Shown here: in pieces, positions 35,896-49,446 of the stretch
Numbering within the stretch: position 1 is the first letter of the stretch
How the letters are laid out: every line of letters starts with the position of its first letter
Assembly (NCBI GenBank): GCA_965371515.1
Contig: CBDUYR010000006.1
Location: 13,977-77,976, forward strand
Reading direction: 5' to 3'
Length of the DNA stretch: 64,000 bases
Source of the DNA: an uncultured bacterium
Lineage (GTDB): Bacteria > Krumholzibacteriota > Krumholzibacteriia > Krumholzibacteriales > Krumholzibacteriaceae
Notes under the pieces: generated by a model
Database searches by the model: none
The model's input: only the letters and a program-made list of their open reading frames with translations
What the model was told of the DNA's origin: nothing
Made by a program: the position numbers and the translations under genes

Positions 35896-36530
35896 GGGGC
35901 TACTCCTTTTTTCCGCAAGAGGCGGTCCTTGACGAGCTTCAGGACAAAGAACGCCTCCCTCTCGGATTCCTCGAGCGCCATCTCGATATATTTCAGTGTC
36001 TCGTCATAGTCCGGTATGAATATCTTCTCGAGGGCGTTCACCCTCCTTATCGTCTTTCCCACCTCTCGCGAGAGGCGCATAAGCGATATCCTTGCTTCGG
36101 CGAGCGTTCCGAGGAGCCGCAGGACCTCGCGGAACTTCTTGATCGCCTCGTCTATCCAGATGCTGCTCTCCGCGGCGGCGAAGTAGGGCGAGCGGTCGTC
36201 GAACCGCACCTTGACGCGCGGCAGCGAGACTCCCATCACCCTCTTCTCGGAGAACGATATGTCCGATTCGATGTTCATCCCCAGGGCGATCATATTGATC
36301 TCCCTGCGCCCCATCCTGAGGATTGCCTGGTCGAGGGCCTCGAACGCCTCGCCGAGCTTCGCCTCGACCTCTTCCTGCGCCTCGACGGCCCTGTCGATAA
36401 GGCCCATCAACTCGACGATAAGGATCTTGCGCTTCTGGTCGAGCAGCTCCCATCCCTCGCGGGCGAAGCCGAGGTCTTGCTTGACCTTCATAAGATTCGT
36501 CTTGGTCGGAGCCATCTCGTAGCGAGCCAT
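35892..36530 (-). CDS. ntpD: V/A-type ATPase subunit D
   Basis: APTKTNL, LLDQKR, RRVNALEKIFIP. Confidence 0.95.
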   Translation of the reverse strand: MARYEMAPTKTNLMKVKQDLGFAREGWELLDQKRKILIVELMGLIDRAVEAQEEVEAKLGEAFEALDQAILRMGRREINMIALGMNIESDISFSEKRVMGVSLPRVKVRFDDRSPYFAAAESSIWIDEAIKKFREVLRLLGTLAEARISLMRLSREVGKTIRRVNALEKIFIPDYDETLKYIEMALEESEREAFFVLKLVKDRLLRKKGVAP

Positions 36531-36534
36531 GCCG

Positions 36535-37929
36535 TTATTCCTTGCCGTAGTACTTGGCGATCTCTTCCTCGCTGATGCGGTAGAGTTCTTCCTTCGGCAG
36601 CGTGGAGATCACATTCCATCCAATATCGAGAGTCTCAGTGATAGCACGGTCCTCATACTCGCCCTGGCTGAGGAACTCGCGCTCGAACCTCTCGCCGAAC
36701 TCGAGGTAGATCTTGTCCAGGGGAGTGAGCTCCTCCTCGCCGATCACGGCGGCAAGTGCCCGCACGTCCTTGACGTGCGAGTAGGCGGCGAAGAGCTGGC
36801 TTGCCACATGCGCGTGGTCTTCCCTCGTCATCCCCTCGCCGATGCCATCCTTCATCAGGCGCGAGAGGGACGGCAGTCCCGCTATCGGCGGGTAGATGTT
36901 CCTCTGGTCGAGCTCCCTCTCGAGAACGATCTGACCTTCGGTTATGTAGCCGGAGAGATCCGGTACAGGATGCGATATATCGTCGTTGGGCATCGTCAGG
37001 ATCGGCATCTGGGTAATCGAACCTTCGATTCCCTTCACCATCCCCGCGCGCTCGTAGATCATCGAGAGGTCGCTGTACAGGTAGCCGGGGTATCCCTTCC
37101 TGCTGGGAATCTCCTCGCGTATCGTAGAGATCTCGCGGAGCGACTCGCAGTAGTTCGTCATATCGGTCAGGATCACCAGCACGTGCATGTTCATGTCGAA
37201 GGCGAGGAACTCTGCGGCGGTCAGCGCCGTACGCGGCGTCACGAGCCTCTCGACCGACGGATCGTCGGCGAGGTTGAGAAAGAGAACGACCTTCTCGAGC
37301 ACGCCCGATTCCTCGAAGTTCCTGATGAAATATCTCGCCACGTCGTGCTTTATCCCCATCGCGGCGAACACTACTGCGAACTGCGTGTCCTCCCCGATCA
37401 GCTTCGCCTGTCGGGTGATCTGAGCGACGAGCCTGTTGTGAGGAAGGCCCGTTCCGGAGAATACAGGCAGCTTCTGGCCGCGCACGAGGGTGTTCATCCC
37501 ATCGATCGCCGAGATGCCGGTCTGTATGAACTCTTTCGGGTACTCGCGCGCCGTCGGGTTGATCGGAAGGCCGTTGACGTCCATCCGCTTCTCGGCGAGC
37601 GGCGGCGGGCCGTCGTCTATCGGCTGGCCGAGCCCGTTGAAGACGCGCCCGAGGATCTCGGCGCCCGCCCCGAAGTGGAGCGGCTCTCCCTTGAAGCGTA
37701 CTCTCGTCTCGGGTATGGAGAGCCCGGAGGTCCCCTCGAATACCTGGATGACGGCGGCCTTCTCGCTGCTCTCGAGGATCATCCCGAGCCTGACGTGCCC
37801 GTTCGAATCGACCACTTCGGCGAGCTCGTTGTAGCCGACATTGTGGATGCCCTTTATCGCGACCAGAGGGCCCGAGATACTGGCGATCCCGATGTACTCC
37901 CTGCCCTCTTTCAGATTTCTTTCTGCCAT
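36535..37929 (-). CDS. ntpB: V/A-type ATPase subunit B
   Basis: [38 protein letters not shown]. Confidence 0.97.
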   Translation of the reverse strand: MAERNLKEGREYIGIASISGPLVAIKGIHNVGYNELAEVVDSNGHVRLGMILESSEKAAVIQVFEGTSGLSIPETRVRFKGEPLHFGAGAEILGRVFNGLGQPIDDGPPPLAEKRMDVNGLPINPTAREYPKEFIQTGISAIDGMNTLVRGQKLPVFSGTGLPHNRLVAQITRQAKLIGEDTQFAVVFAAMGIKHDVARYFIRNFEESGVLEKVVLFLNLADDPSVERLVTPRTALTAAEFLAFDMNMHVLVILTDMTNYCESLREISTIREEIPSRKGYPGYLYSDLSMIYERAGMVKGIEGSITQMPILTMPNDDISHPVPDLSGYITEGQIVLERELDQRNIYPPIAGLPSLSRLMKDGIGEGMTREDHAHVASQLFAAYSHVKDVRALAAVIGEEELTPLDKIYLEFGERFEREFLSQGEYEDRAITETLDIGWNVISTLPKEELYRISEEEIAKYYGKE

Positions 37930-37944
37930 TCAGATCACCATTCT

Positions 37945-39706
<1,762 letters not shown>

Positions 39707-39714
<8 letters not shown>

Positions 39715-40366
39715 TTCCCGTCTCCCCGTCGTCTTCCGGGTAGAAGACCTCGTCAAATATCGCCATCCTTATATCGTCGCGGTACCTGAACATCCGCGCC
39801 TCGAACGTATTGTCGTATATCACATTGCCGCCAGGGTGGCCGGCCCGGGCCCCTCCGGCCGAAGACTTTTCGAGCGGCCGCGCCTGCAGTGAGCTCACCG
39901 GCGCCGACTCAGCCGCCATCGTCTCCTTGACGCGGGGGAATATCTTCTCCTCGAGCAGCTTGAGGTCCTTTTTGTCGACGTAGATAACGAAAGATTTTCC
40001 CTCGAGCCCGCGCACCGCTTCGACGACCAGGCCGGTGAGGATGTCCGCGTACCCGGCCGACGATCTTATCCCGGAGAGCTCCTCCTCGACCTTCTTCGTT
40101 ATCACGCCGACGACTTCCTCTCGCGCCTTGAGCTTCGTTCGCCTGACCTCGATGTTGACACTCGACAGGAGGCGCCTGTTTTCTGTCTCGCCCTTTTCCT
40201 TCGCGTCGCGCATGATCATCTCTGTCGCCTCGTCGCGTTTCGCCTCAGCCTTACCGAGGATGTCGGCGGCGGTGCTTCGCGCCTTATCGAGGATCGAGGC
40301 GATCTCCCTGTCGCCGTCTTCCCTTATCTGTCCGCAGATCTTTTCTACCGATTCCTTGTCGACCAC
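39707..40366 (-). CDS. ntpE: V/A-type ATPase subunit E
   Basis: N-terminal coiled coil, AGG...YDNTFEARM; operon position. Confidence 0.9.
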
Positions 40367-40402
40367 TTTAACCGCTCCCTGCCGCGCGCGGGGCGCGCTG
40401 CG

Positions 40403-40708
40403 CTATATCTTTATCCCCACCGCGGTGTTTACCATCTCCCTGATCGAGACCCTTCCCTCCACCGGGCCCTCCCTGTCGGGGACTTCGATGATCAGAGGGA
40501 ATGCGTGCCCGAAAGTGAAGTCCTCGATCTCGTCACGTATCGAGTCGGCGATCCTCTCGGTGATGATGATGATGCCGATCTCACCCGATTCAAACACCTT
40601 GGCAAGCGCCTCCCGGGCGCCATCGGGCGATTCGACGACCTCGCCCTCGAGGCCGACGAGCTTGAAGCCCGTTACCGTGTTCTCGTCCGCTATGACGTAG
40701 AACTGCAT
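40403..40708 (-). CDS. V/A-type ATPase subunit F
   Basis: VIADENTVTGFKLVG, IIIITE, PLIIEVP, AVGIKI. Confidence 0.93.
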   Translation of the reverse strand: MQFYVIADENTVTGFKLVGLEGEVVESPDGAREALAKVFESGEIGIIIITERIADSIRDEIEDFTFGHAFPLIIEVPDREGPVEGRVSIREMVNTAVGIKI

Positions 40709-40749
40709 CGTTCACTCTCTCCGCGTTGTCCGATCCGCTGCCGTCCCGG

Positions 40750-41169
<420 letters not shown>

Positions 41170-43167
41170 TCACTTTTTCCGGCCCGGATCTCCCCCCAGG
41201 CCGATCGGTTTATACGCAGTCCCGCCACCCATGAAGAACTTGCCGAAGAACTCGTAGTACTCCAGTCGGATGGCCTGGATAGTTACAACCAATCCCTCGA
41301 GGGCAATGATCACCGCATTGCCCAGGATAAATATCAGCGCCGCCCAGATCACCCCGCCGCTCTTCCCCTTGACGAGATCGACCATGTTGAAAACCGCTAT
41401 GAAGAGGCCGGCGTGCGCCAGCGCGAATGCTGCGACGCGGATGAACGAGACGGTGTTGCCGAGATATCCCGTGATTATCTCGATGACCTCTATCACCGAT
41501 TCCATCACATAGGTAGCCACGCCTGTCTCGAACCTCATCTTCCGCCTCCCGAACATCGCCGAGAGGGGCTCCCTGAGGAAGAAAAGCAGGATGGGCAGCA
41601 CGATCCCGAATGCGACCAGCTGCAGTGGTACGGGCCTGTTCCTCATGAATATGGCTACCGCGCCTATCCCGCACCAGTACAGAATGGCGCTTATCAGTCC
41701 TGCGTGATCGAAGAAGGTCGCCTTGAAGTCACGCGCCCTGATCGCGTTGATCATGTTGAGCAGTATCCCGACCGAGATCATCCCCACCCCGAAGAAGATC
41801 GCGAACTTGAAAAACCTTCCTATCTCGTGCATCGGAGAGAGCCACAGGTGCGGTATCCACGTCTCGACGCCGAAAATGCTCCCGTAGAGGAACCCGAAGA
41901 CTATCGACGCGAGCCCGCAGTAGAAGCCGAGCTTGCCGACGAGGCGCACTCCTTCGCTCCGGTCGCCCCTGCGGAAACCTAGCAGCCAGCCTATCACGCA
42001 GAGCACTAACCCGTGCCCGACGTCGCCGAACATCATACCGAACATTATCAGGAACGATATCGCCACAAAAATGGTCGGATCGATGAACTTGTATTCGGGC
42101 AGGCCGTAACTCGAGACGAGCATCTCGAACGGCCTGAAGAAACCGGGGTTCTTCAGCATAACGGGGACCTTCAGGGCACCGCCCTTGACGCCTGTGATCT
42201 CCTCCGGCGGGACGATCTCCACTATGGCCCGTCCCCTGGCAGCCCTCAGGATCTCAGTCTCGACATCGCGCTTGCGGTCGCTCGGCACCCACCCGGAGAA
42301 AATGTACGTCTTGCGCGTCTTCTTCAGGTAGCTCTTGACCTTCAGCAGCATCTCGGCGACCCGCAGCGACCTGTTGAACTCGGTCAGCACCGGTGCGTTC
42401 TCGCGCCTTACCTCGGCGAGCTTTTCCTTCAGATCGGCGATCTGATCCTTTATCTTCTCGATCCGCTCCTCGAGCTCACCGGTGACCAGGCCTGCTTCTT
42501 CCCTTGCCTCCTCACCGGCCGGCATCTCTATATCGTCGAAGGCCGCGTCACGCAGGATGCGCTTGAGCTTGAGACGGTCCGTCTTGAGGCCGATCAGCAG
42601 AACGAGCTCCCGGCCTTCACGCTGCGTCAACTGTATGACTATGGCGGCGAGCGGAGCGATCTTCTCGCGGATCAGCTCGAGGCTCTCGCCGCTTACATGA
42701 CCGTACCGGACCTCGAGGAATGTGTAGGGAGCCTTGTCGGGCGGCAGGCCTAGCTCGGTCAGCGGGGAGACCTCGTTGAGTATTCCCTGCATTCGCTCGA
42801 GGTGCACCTCGAGTTCCTTGCGGCGCAGGACAAGTCCCTCGACCTTTTTCTCAAGCTCGGTTATTTCATTTTCCATCTCGTCGAAATCAGCAATCGAGGT
42901 CTCGAGCAACTTCGTGTCGCCCTCCTCGAGGGGAAGTTCGCGGATACCGAGGTCCTTCATCAGATCGGTCACCCTGTTGTAGAGCCTGTCGATCTTCGAT
43001 GAGGCCTTGCCCGCCTCGAACTCTCCGAGCTCCTCCACCCATGGCTGGGACGCATCGAGCTGGACGAGATGGAGGATACCGAGCCGAACAATCGTCTTGG
43101 CGACATCATCGACCTCGGTCTCGAAGACCATCACATTGATCTGGTGCATTCGTTCGGGCGTAAACAT
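41170..43167 (-). CDS. ntpI: V/A-type ATPase subunit I (a)
   Basis: YGLP..DPT, MFGDVGHG, NTVSFIRVAAF, IQAIRLEYYEFF. Confidence 0.96.
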   Translation of the reverse strand: MFTPERMHQINVMVFETEVDDVAKTIVRLGILHLVQLDASQPWVEELGEFEAGKASSKIDRLYNRVTDLMKDLGIRELPLEEGDTKLLETSIADFDEMENEITELEKKVEGLVLRRKELEVHLERMQGILNEVSPLTELGLPPDKAPYTFLEVRYGHVSGESLELIREKIAPLAAIVIQLTQREGRELVLLIGLKTDRLKLKRILRDAAFDDIEMPAGEEAREEAGLVTGELEERIEKIKDQIADLKEKLAEVRRENAPVLTEFNRSLRVAEMLLKVKSYLKKTRKTYIFSGWVPSDRKRDVETEILRAARGRAIVEIVPPEEITGVKGGALKVPVMLKNPGFFRPFEMLVSSYGLPEYKFIDPTIFVAISFLIMFGMMFGDVGHGLVLCVIGWLLGFRRGDRSEGVRLVGKLGFYCGLASIVFGFLYGSIFGVETWIPHLWLSPMHEIGRFFKFAIFFGVGMISVGILLNMINAIRARDFKATFFDHAGLISAILYWCGIGAVAIFMRNRPVPLQLVAFGIVLPILLFFLREPLSAMFGRRKMRFETGVATYVMESVIEVIEIITGYLGNTVSFIRVAAFALAHAGLFIAVFNMVDLVKGKSGGVIWAALIFILGNAVIIALEGLVVTIQAIRLEYYEFFGKFFMGGGTAYKPIGLGGDPGRKK

Positions 43168-43180
43168 AGTCTTCCCCGGC

Positions 43181-44242
43181 TCAGAACGAGACCCTGAGGT
43201 GGCTCTCGATGGCGGCACGGTCCATCTTGTAGACCTTGCCGTTCAGTATCGTGATTATGTTGCGTATCTCCGTTCGCTTCAGTATGAGGTACGACAGTAC
43301 AGTCCCTATTGTAAAGGGAAAACCTCCCAGCGTGCGTTTCGCCTCGGCGATAAGGTAGTTCCACAGGAAGATCTCGAGCAGGTAGAGTTTGCTCAGCTCC
43401 TCTCCTTGCACGAGTATCTCCGAGGCGTTCTTGAGCGACTTCTCGAGAGCGAGGCTGAGCACTTCATTTATCGACTCGGCCTTGAAAGACTGGCGGAGCC
43501 TGTCGGTCGTCATCCTGTACCCGCCTGGTATGTTGTATTCGAAAAGGTCGCCGGTCGGAACGTCATAGTAGAACTTCAGCCGGATCAGCCATGCGAGGTT
43601 CTTCCTGTCGATCTCGAGGCCGATGAGCTTGCGCGCTATCTCTCTGTCCCTCTTCCCGAGAGCCGCGACCTGATCTTTCAGCCGCCTGTAGTAGTCGATC
43701 TCGAGGTTTATCTCCACAGGGAAGAGGGTCTTCTTCTCCATGTAGTCGTCCATCACGGAGTATATCGCGTCGTGATAGGGCGTCCCGGTCATGTAGGAGA
43801 CCGCGTCCTCCAGGGAACCGGCCTCGGTGATCGCCTGATATGGCAGCGAGTGGGGCAGCCTCTTGCGCACCATGTATTTCATCTCTTCGAGGTCGCGGCG
43901 ACCCTCCCGTATCCTCAGCGCCGTCTTGAGGTTTTCAATCTCGTACTTCTCGAGAAAATGCGAAACGAGCGCCTTCTCGGCGCCCTTCAGGTCCTTAAGA
44001 AGCTCCGAGTGCCATTCGATCTCCCGCTCGAGGAGGAGGCGCTCGCCTACGCGCGCGTCGAACGCGATCTCGGGCTGCTCGAATATGTCCTCGTAGATCG
44101 TTCCCGAGAGGGCCGAATAGAACTCGGCGAGGTCCCTCGCATCGGCCAGCCGGTCGATCTGCTCCGGACCGAGCAGCGTGCTGAGCCTCGCGCGCACCTT
44201 GGCATTGACTAGAGAATACTTGCTTAACGGCCTGAATATCAT
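43181..44242 (-). CDS. ntpC: V/A-type ATPase subunit C (d)
   Basis: NAKVRA, YEIENLK, EIDRKNL, EIRNIITI. Confidence 0.92.
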   Translation of the reverse strand: MIFRPLSKYSLVNAKVRARLSTLLGPEQIDRLADARDLAEFYSALSGTIYEDIFEQPEIAFDARVGERLLLEREIEWHSELLKDLKGAEKALVSHFLEKYEIENLKTALRIREGRRDLEEMKYMVRKRLPHSLPYQAITEAGSLEDAVSYMTGTPYHDAIYSVMDDYMEKKTLFPVEINLEIDYYRRLKDQVAALGKRDREIARKLIGLEIDRKNLAWLIRLKFYYDVPTGDLFEYNIPGGYRMTTDRLRQSFKAESINEVLSLALEKSLKNASEILVQGEELSKLYLLEIFLWNYLIAEAKRTLGGFPFTIGTVLSYLILKRTEIRNIITILNGKVYKMDRAAIESHLRVSF

Positions 44243-44267
44243 CGCGCTGTTTCCGTGAGGGAGAAAC

Positions 44268-44585
44268 TTACTGGTCCGCGCCCTTTACGATATCGAGGAC
44301 CTTCGCCGCGGCTGCCTCGATCTGGACCGATTTGCTGGCGAGGAGTTCCCCGCTCCCGCCCTTGACCGCATCGACCTGCCGCTTCCGTTCGTCCTCGGCG
44401 TCTTTTCGGTATTTAGCGACGAGCTCCTGGGACTCTCTTATCGCGTCCTGGCGCCCCTTTTCGATGACGTCCCTCGACTGGGTCTCAGCCTCGCGCACGA
44501 TCTTCTGAGCCTCGGCGCGGGCGTTGTCGATCGACGCGCGGACCTCCGTCTCGGTCTCCATGATCTGCTTGACTATCTCTTTCAA
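44268..44585 (-). CDS. V/A-type ATPase peripheral stalk subunit G/H
   Basis: 105-aa charged coiled coil, first gene of the operon; TTG start after GGAG. Confidence 0.8.
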   Translation of the reverse strand: MKEIVKQIMETETEVRASIDNARAEAQKIVREAETQSRDVIEKGRQDAIRESQELVAKYRKDAEDERKRQVDAVKGGSGELLASKSVQIEAAAAKVLDIVKGADQ

Positions 44586-44663
44586 GACCGCTCCAAGTCA
44601 TTGAGTTTCAGCAAGTCCTGATCAGTGAATAATCGGAGAGTATAAAGAAGCACTATGGCAGTG

Positions 44664-45800
44664 TCAACCGGCTAAAGGGGCCGTTGCCGGCCCTTTTCGC
44701 ACCAGTTCTTCGATTACCGAGTCATATTCGCCCGCCATGATACTCCAGTCGAAGCGGCGGACATGTTCGCGCAGGGCCGGAGCGGGGCGAATAGATCGAT
44801 CCTCCAGGATACCGCGGAGTCTGGCAGTCATGTCTTCCTGGTCGTTGTAGACGTAAACGGGATTAAGATCCTCGGGAACGTGTCCCGGGAAGGCCAGCCT
44901 GCCGGGAAGAAGGGGATAGCACCCGCAGCAGATCGCCTGGACAGTGCTCGCTCCGAAGAAGTCGTGGTTCGAGGTCACCGGCAGGATGTCGGCCCTCCAG
45001 AGCCAGCTGGCGTACTCGGCGAAGTCCGCAGCGAAGCCGAACTGAACGATTCTCTTTCCGAGCCGCTGTTTTGCTTCATCGAATACCGGCGGATATTTCG
45101 AGAACGATTCGCCGAGAACGGCGACCTCGAACTCAAGGCCTTCATCCGCGAGAACGAATAGTGCTTCGAAGAAATCTTCAGGGTTCTTGTCGTACTCCCA
45201 GCGGTGATTCCAGAGGATCAGGGGAAGCGCGTTCTCTCCACCTGCCATCCTGTGACTGTCCAGAGCCGTGAGGTCGACACCGAGCGAAAGGACCGAACTC
45301 TTCTCCCTTATCTTCTCTATCGATCCTTCCTCGTTATGATCGGGAAACGCATCGATGAATCCCGGCAGCTCGGATAGAAAGGAATCCATGTGATACTGCG
45401 AGTTGAACAGTACCGCGTCGGCGACAAGCGCCGATGTGTAGTTGATGAATCCGTAGTGGACGTCGCGCTCGAGGCCGGGATCGGGATCACCGTCAGACCA
45501 TGGATACGACAACTGGTTCTCGTGGAAGTAGATCGCGACAGGGGTCCCTGACGTCTTTTCCTTCGTAAGTGCGAGAAAGGTCGTCAGGTCGAGCATGTCG
45601 GTGGCGAGGATCAGATCGGGGGCGTGCCCCTCCTCGAGAAAGCGCCGTGCGAGAGTCACCGCCCCGCCGTGCATCCTCCACTTCCAGTGTCGGCCCTCAA
45701 GCCCGAGGATCTCGACCTCGTGCGCCGAGTACTTTGCGTACTCTCGCGCCCAGGCTTCATGAGAGCCGGTCAGAAAAGGTTCGACGATCAGGATCCTCAT
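44664..45800 (-). CDS. DUF3524/GTDC1-like glycosyltransferase
   Basis: EPFLTGSH, HWKWRMHG, YFHENQL, FNSQYH, LWNHRWEYDKNP. Confidence 0.9.
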   Translation of the reverse strand: MRILIVEPFLTGSHEAWAREYAKYSAHEVEILGLEGRHWKWRMHGGAVTLARRFLEEGHAPDLILATDMLDLTTFLALTKEKTSGTPVAIYFHENQLSYPWSDGDPDPGLERDVHYGFINYTSALVADAVLFNSQYHMDSFLSELPGFIDAFPDHNEEGSIEKIREKSSVLSLGVDLTALDSHRMAGGENALPLILWNHRWEYDKNPEDFFEALFVLADEGLEFEVAVLGESFSKYPPVFDEAKQRLGKRIVQFGFAADFAEYASWLWRADILPVTSNHDFFGASTVQAICCGCYPLLPGRLAFPGHVPEDLNPVYVYNDQEDMTARLRGILEDRSIRPAPALREHVRRFDWSIMAGEYDSVIEELVRKGPATAPLAG

Positions 45801-45804
45801 TATC

Positions 45805-46272
45805 CTACTTCATCAGCTCCTTCAGGTCGGCCAGGACCTCGGACGAATGCTCGGGCGGCTTCACCTTCGGGTATACCTTCGCGACCTTCCCCTTCGGATC
45901 GATAAGGTACGAGATCCTTACGATCCCCATATACTCGCGGCCGGCCATCTTCTTTTTCTGCCAGGCGCCGTACTTCTGTATCATCCCGGTACTCTCGTCA
46001 GATAGCAGTGTGAACGGCAGCGAGTGTTTGTCGGCGAAGTTGCGGTGGCTCTTGACCGAGTCCTTGCTCACGCCGAGTACGACGGCGCCGAGTTTCCTGA
46101 ACGCGGACCAGTCGTCGCGTATCGCGCAGGCCTCCTTCGTGCACCCCGAGGTGTTATCCTTCGGGTAGAAGTAGACGAGCACCCACTTGTCCGCGTAATC
46201 GGAGAGCCTGTGTTTCTTTCCGTCCTGATCCGGCAAATTGAACGCCGGCGCCTTCTTGCCGACCTCGAGCAT
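45805..46272 (-). CDS. bcp: Thioredoxin-dependent peroxiredoxin Bcp/PrxQ
   Basis: YFYPKDNTSGCTKEAC. GGAGG before ATG 46272. Confidence 0.95.
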   Translation of the reverse strand: MLEVGKKAPAFNLPDQDGKKHRLSDYADKWVLVYFYPKDNTSGCTKEACAIRDDWSAFRKLGAVVLGVSKDSVKSHRNFADKHSLPFTLLSDESTGMIQKYGAWQKKKMAGREYMGIVRISYLIDPKGKVAKVYPKVKPPEHSSEVLADLKELMK

Positions 46273-46286
46273 TGTCTTTCCTCCTT

Positions 46287-46640
46287 CTATACGTCTTTTC
46301 TCGTAAACACTTCGCTCCTGCCACCGGGTTCCTCCCCACCCATCGGAACGACGTGTATGTGAGCGTGCATCACAGTCTGGCCCGAAGACCTGCCGATGTT
46401 TATCCCTATCCTGTACCCGCCGGGAGAATATTTTTCGTCCAGGCTGCCCTTCGTTTTCTTTATCAGATCGAAACATGCCGCGACCTCTTCTTCGGTAAGA
46501 TCGAAGAAAGATGCGATGTGCCGCTTCGGGATGACCAGCGTATGCCCCGGCCGGACGGGGTACTTGTCGGGAATCGCACGAGCCAGTTCGTTCTCGAACA
46601 GGATCTTATCCGGCGAGCAGAACGGGCAGCCTCTTTCCAT
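46287..46640 (-). CDS. HIT-family nucleotide hydrolase
   Basis: CPFC, PGHTLVIPKRH, GQTVMHAHIHVVP. Confidence 0.93.
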   Translation of the reverse strand: MERGCPFCSPDKILFENELARAIPDKYPVRPGHTLVIPKRHIASFFDLTEEEVAACFDLIKKTKGSLDEKYSPGGYRIGINIGRSSGQTVMHAHIHVVPMGGEEPGGRSEVFTRKDV

Positions 46641-47374
46641 TACCGGATCACCACCGAGGCCTCGCCGTCGAACGGATTCATCCGAACGGCGAGAGAGAAC
46701 AGGTATGGATACCTGTTCTTGAGGTGTTTCATGTACTTGATCCACTCTACGAGCAGACTCGAACGGGCCCTGCGGATGTCGCCCTTCAGATGCTGGATAT
46801 CCTTCTCCGGAAGATCCTCGAATCCCGGTCTGTTCTCGAGCTCCTCGGCGAGGTGAAGCAGCGCCCACAGCAGATCGGTGAACGTCTCGTGCTCGAGAAG
46901 GTTCTGGTTCTGCAGCAGAGCCAGAAGAAACGATTTCTTCGACAATAGCAATTCTGAGAGCTCGACAAGGTCCTCTGGCCCGACCTGCGGTTCGAATCCC
47001 GACGTGGAGAGCTCAGCGACCAGCCCGTCGAACCTGCTGTCCGGCCATTTCGCCGACAGCATCAGCTTTTCATCCGGCATCGATGTATCCAGCCTGGAGA
47101 ATATCCTCAGCAACTTCGTCCCCACTTCGGTGTAAAACGCCCCGATCACCATGTTGAGCTTCTTCATCATCGCACGCTTCTCCCTGTAGGAAAGAGCGCT
47201 GTGTATGATGAGCGTCACGATAAGGACCTCGATCGGGACAAAGGCAAGATCGTGAAGCATGAACAGGAAAATATGGTGCTTGTCGTGAAAGACAGCGTAA
47301 TGCAGAAGATAGAGAGCCGCCGACAGCACTATCAGAAACAGCCCGAGGAATATCTGCCACCGGTACTTCTTCAA
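46640..47374 (-). CDS. Conserved hypothetical membrane protein
   Basis: Two TM helices, [43 protein letters not shown] start. Confidence 0.75.
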   Translation of the reverse strand: MKKYRWQIFLGLFLIVLSAALYLLHYAVFHDKHHIFLFMLHDLAFVPIEVLIVTLIIHSALSYREKRAMMKKLNMVIGAFYTEVGTKLLRIFSRLDTSMPDEKLMLSAKWPDSRFDGLVAELSTSGFEPQVGPEDLVELSELLLSKKSFLLALLQNQNLLEHETFTDLLWALLHLAEELENRPGFEDLPEKDIQHLKGDIRRARSSLLVEWIKYMKHLKNRYPYLFSLAVRMNPFDGEASVVIR

Positions 47375-49431
47375 TCTTTTCTCCTCTCGATCTCTTCGAG
47401 TCGTTTTTTCATGTCGGCCATTCCGACGGCCGGCGCGGCGCATCGGAAGTTCTCGCATATGTACGCCGTCGGCTTCCCGTCTACAGCAGTCATACCCTCG
47501 AGCATCGGGGCGATCGCGGTGATCTCACTCGCTCCCTCTCCCACAGGCCTGAAGAGCGTCACCGATCTCGGCATGAAGCGTTCGGCCAGCATGCGGATCA
47601 TTGATTCCGTATCGTTCGTGCTGCGCTCGCCGGCGATCACGTACTCCCTGCCGGGACCCAGTGCGAAGTCGAGGGCGATCAGCACCTGCGTATAGGCTGT
47701 CGGTGACCCGGAGACCGGCCCCGAAAACTCCTCGAGAAGGGCGTCCGCGACCGATTCCAGATCGGTCCTGCCCGTCATCCTTCCGAGCCTCAGGAGACAG
47801 AGCGCAGCGACCGAGTTTCCAGATGGGACGGCGCCGTCGTAAATTTCCTTCGTTCTCACGATGAGCTTTTCCGCGTCGCTGCCGGTGAAGAAGAATCCGC
47901 CTTTTTCATCGTCGCTGTCGCTGAAGAGTTCGATCATCCCGCCGGCCAGCACCAGTGCTTCGGACAGCCACTTAGCCTCGAATGTCGCCTCGTACAGCTC
48001 TATCAGTCCCCATATGAGAAAGGCATAGTCGTCGAGATATCCCGGGATGGCCGATTCCCCGTCTCTGTAACGATGCAGCAGCCTGCCCTCGGAGGTCCGC
48101 ATCCCGCCGAGAATAAAATCGGCCGCCTTCGCCGCCGCCTCAGCGTAATCGGTCTGGCCTGTGACCCGCGCTCCCCTCGCCAGCGCGGCGATCATCAGCC
48201 CGTTCCAGTCGGCAAGGACCTTGTCGTCGAGCATCGGCCGAGGCCTCTTCGAGCGGATCTCGAGAAGCTTCGCCCGCATCTCGCCGAGCGATTCCTCGCC
48301 GGTTTCTACTTCGCTCGCTATATGCAATACGTTCTTCCCCTCGAAGTTGCCGTTGCCGGTGACGCCGTACCGCATGCAGAAGATCTTCCCGTCCTCCTTC
48401 CCGAGCGCCTCCATGATCTCCTGCTTCGTCCAGACGTAGAAGGTTCCCTCTTCGCCCTCGCTGTCTGCATCCTCCGCAGAGTAGAAACCAGCCTCCGGTG
48501 AGGTCAGGTCACGAAGCACGTACGCAAATATCTCCTCCGCTACGGCGCCGTAGAATCTGTTCCCCGTCGCCTGCTGTGTCTCGAGATACGCCATGGCGAG
48601 CATCGCCTGGTCGTAGAGCATCTTCTCGAAGTGGGGCACGAGCCACATCGCGTCGGTCGAATACCTGTGGAATCCCTTCCCGAGATGATCGTATATACCG
48701 CCGCCGTACATCTTCCTCAGGGTAGTCCCGACGATGTCGAGCGCCTTCTCATCGCCCGTCCTCTCCCAATACCTTAAAAGCAGAGACAGCTGGTGCGGCG
48801 TGGGAAACTTCGGCGCTCCGCCGAAACCGCCGTGGACCTCGTCGTATGAAGCCTCGAGTCTTGAGTATGCCGTCGCGAGAGTCTTCTCCGAGAGATTCTT
48901 CTCGTCGCCGGTGAACGAGAAGCTCTCCAGCGCCGCCGCCGCGTTGTCGCCTATGTTCTCGAGCCTCTCTCGGTCGTTCTTCCACAGCGACGCCATGTGG
49001 GGAACAAGTTCGAGCATACCGGGCCGGCCGTACTTCGATCTCTTCGAGAAATATGTACCCGCGAAGAAGGGCTTTCCCCCGGGGGTCATGAATACCGTCA
49101 GCGGCCATCCCCCCGAACCGGTCATCGCCTGGCAGACCTTCATGTAGATGTTGTCGATGTCGGGGCGTTCCTCGCGGTCGACCTTAATGGAAATAAAATC
49201 CTCATTGAGCAGACGGGCTACCGTCTCGTCCTCGAACGACTCGTGCTCCATCACGTGGCACCAGTGGCATGACGAGTACCCGATCGAGAGGAAGATCGGT
49301 TTGTTCTGCTCCCTGGCCGCGGCGAAGGCCTCGTCTCCCCACGGGTACCAGTCGACCGGATTGTCGGCGTGCTGAAGAAGATAAGGACTCTTTTCACCGG
49401 CCAGCCTGTTCCTGCCGGGGCTGTCTTTCAT
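47371..49431 (-). CDS. yyaL: Thioredoxin-domain protein YyaL (DUF255/SPATA20 family)
   Basis: [44 protein letters not shown]. Confidence 0.95.
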   Translation of the reverse strand: MKDSPGRNRLAGEKSPYLLQHADNPVDWYPWGDEAFAAAREQNKPIFLSIGYSSCHWCHVMEHESFEDETVARLLNEDFISIKVDREERPDIDNIYMKVCQAMTGSGGWPLTVFMTPGGKPFFAGTYFSKRSKYGRPGMLELVPHMASLWKNDRERLENIGDNAAAALESFSFTGDEKNLSEKTLATAYSRLEASYDEVHGGFGGAPKFPTPHQLSLLLRYWERTGDEKALDIVGTTLRKMYGGGIYDHLGKGFHRYSTDAMWLVPHFEKMLYDQAMLAMAYLETQQATGNRFYGAVAEEIFAYVLRDLTSPEAGFYSAEDADSEGEEGTFYVWTKQEIMEALGKEDGKIFCMRYGVTGNGNFEGKNVLHIASEVETGEESLGEMRAKLLEIRSKRPRPMLDDKVLADWNGLMIAALARGARVTGQTDYAEAAAKAADFILGGMRTSEGRLLHRYRDGESAIPGYLDDYAFLIWGLIELYEATFEAKWLSEALVLAGGMIELFSDSDDEKGGFFFTGSDAEKLIVRTKEIYDGAVPSGNSVAALCLLRLGRMTGRTDLESVADALLEEFSGPVSGSPTAYTQVLIALDFALGPGREYVIAGERSTNDTESMIRMLAERFMPRSVTLFRPVGEGASEITAIAPMLEGMTAVDGKPTAYICENFRCAAPAVGMADMKKRLEEIERRKD

Positions 49432-49446
49432 ATGCGGATCTTCCCT

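Noticed and set aside
46989..47000. GGTTCGAATCCC, resembling a tRNA T-loop
   Set aside because: Lies inside a CDS (encodes GFEP on the minus strand) with no cloverleaf around it.
45805..47458. Long N-terminal extensions making bcp, HIT and the membrane gene overlap extensively
   Set aside because: RBS positions and family N-termini support the shorter starts at 46272, 46640 and 47374.
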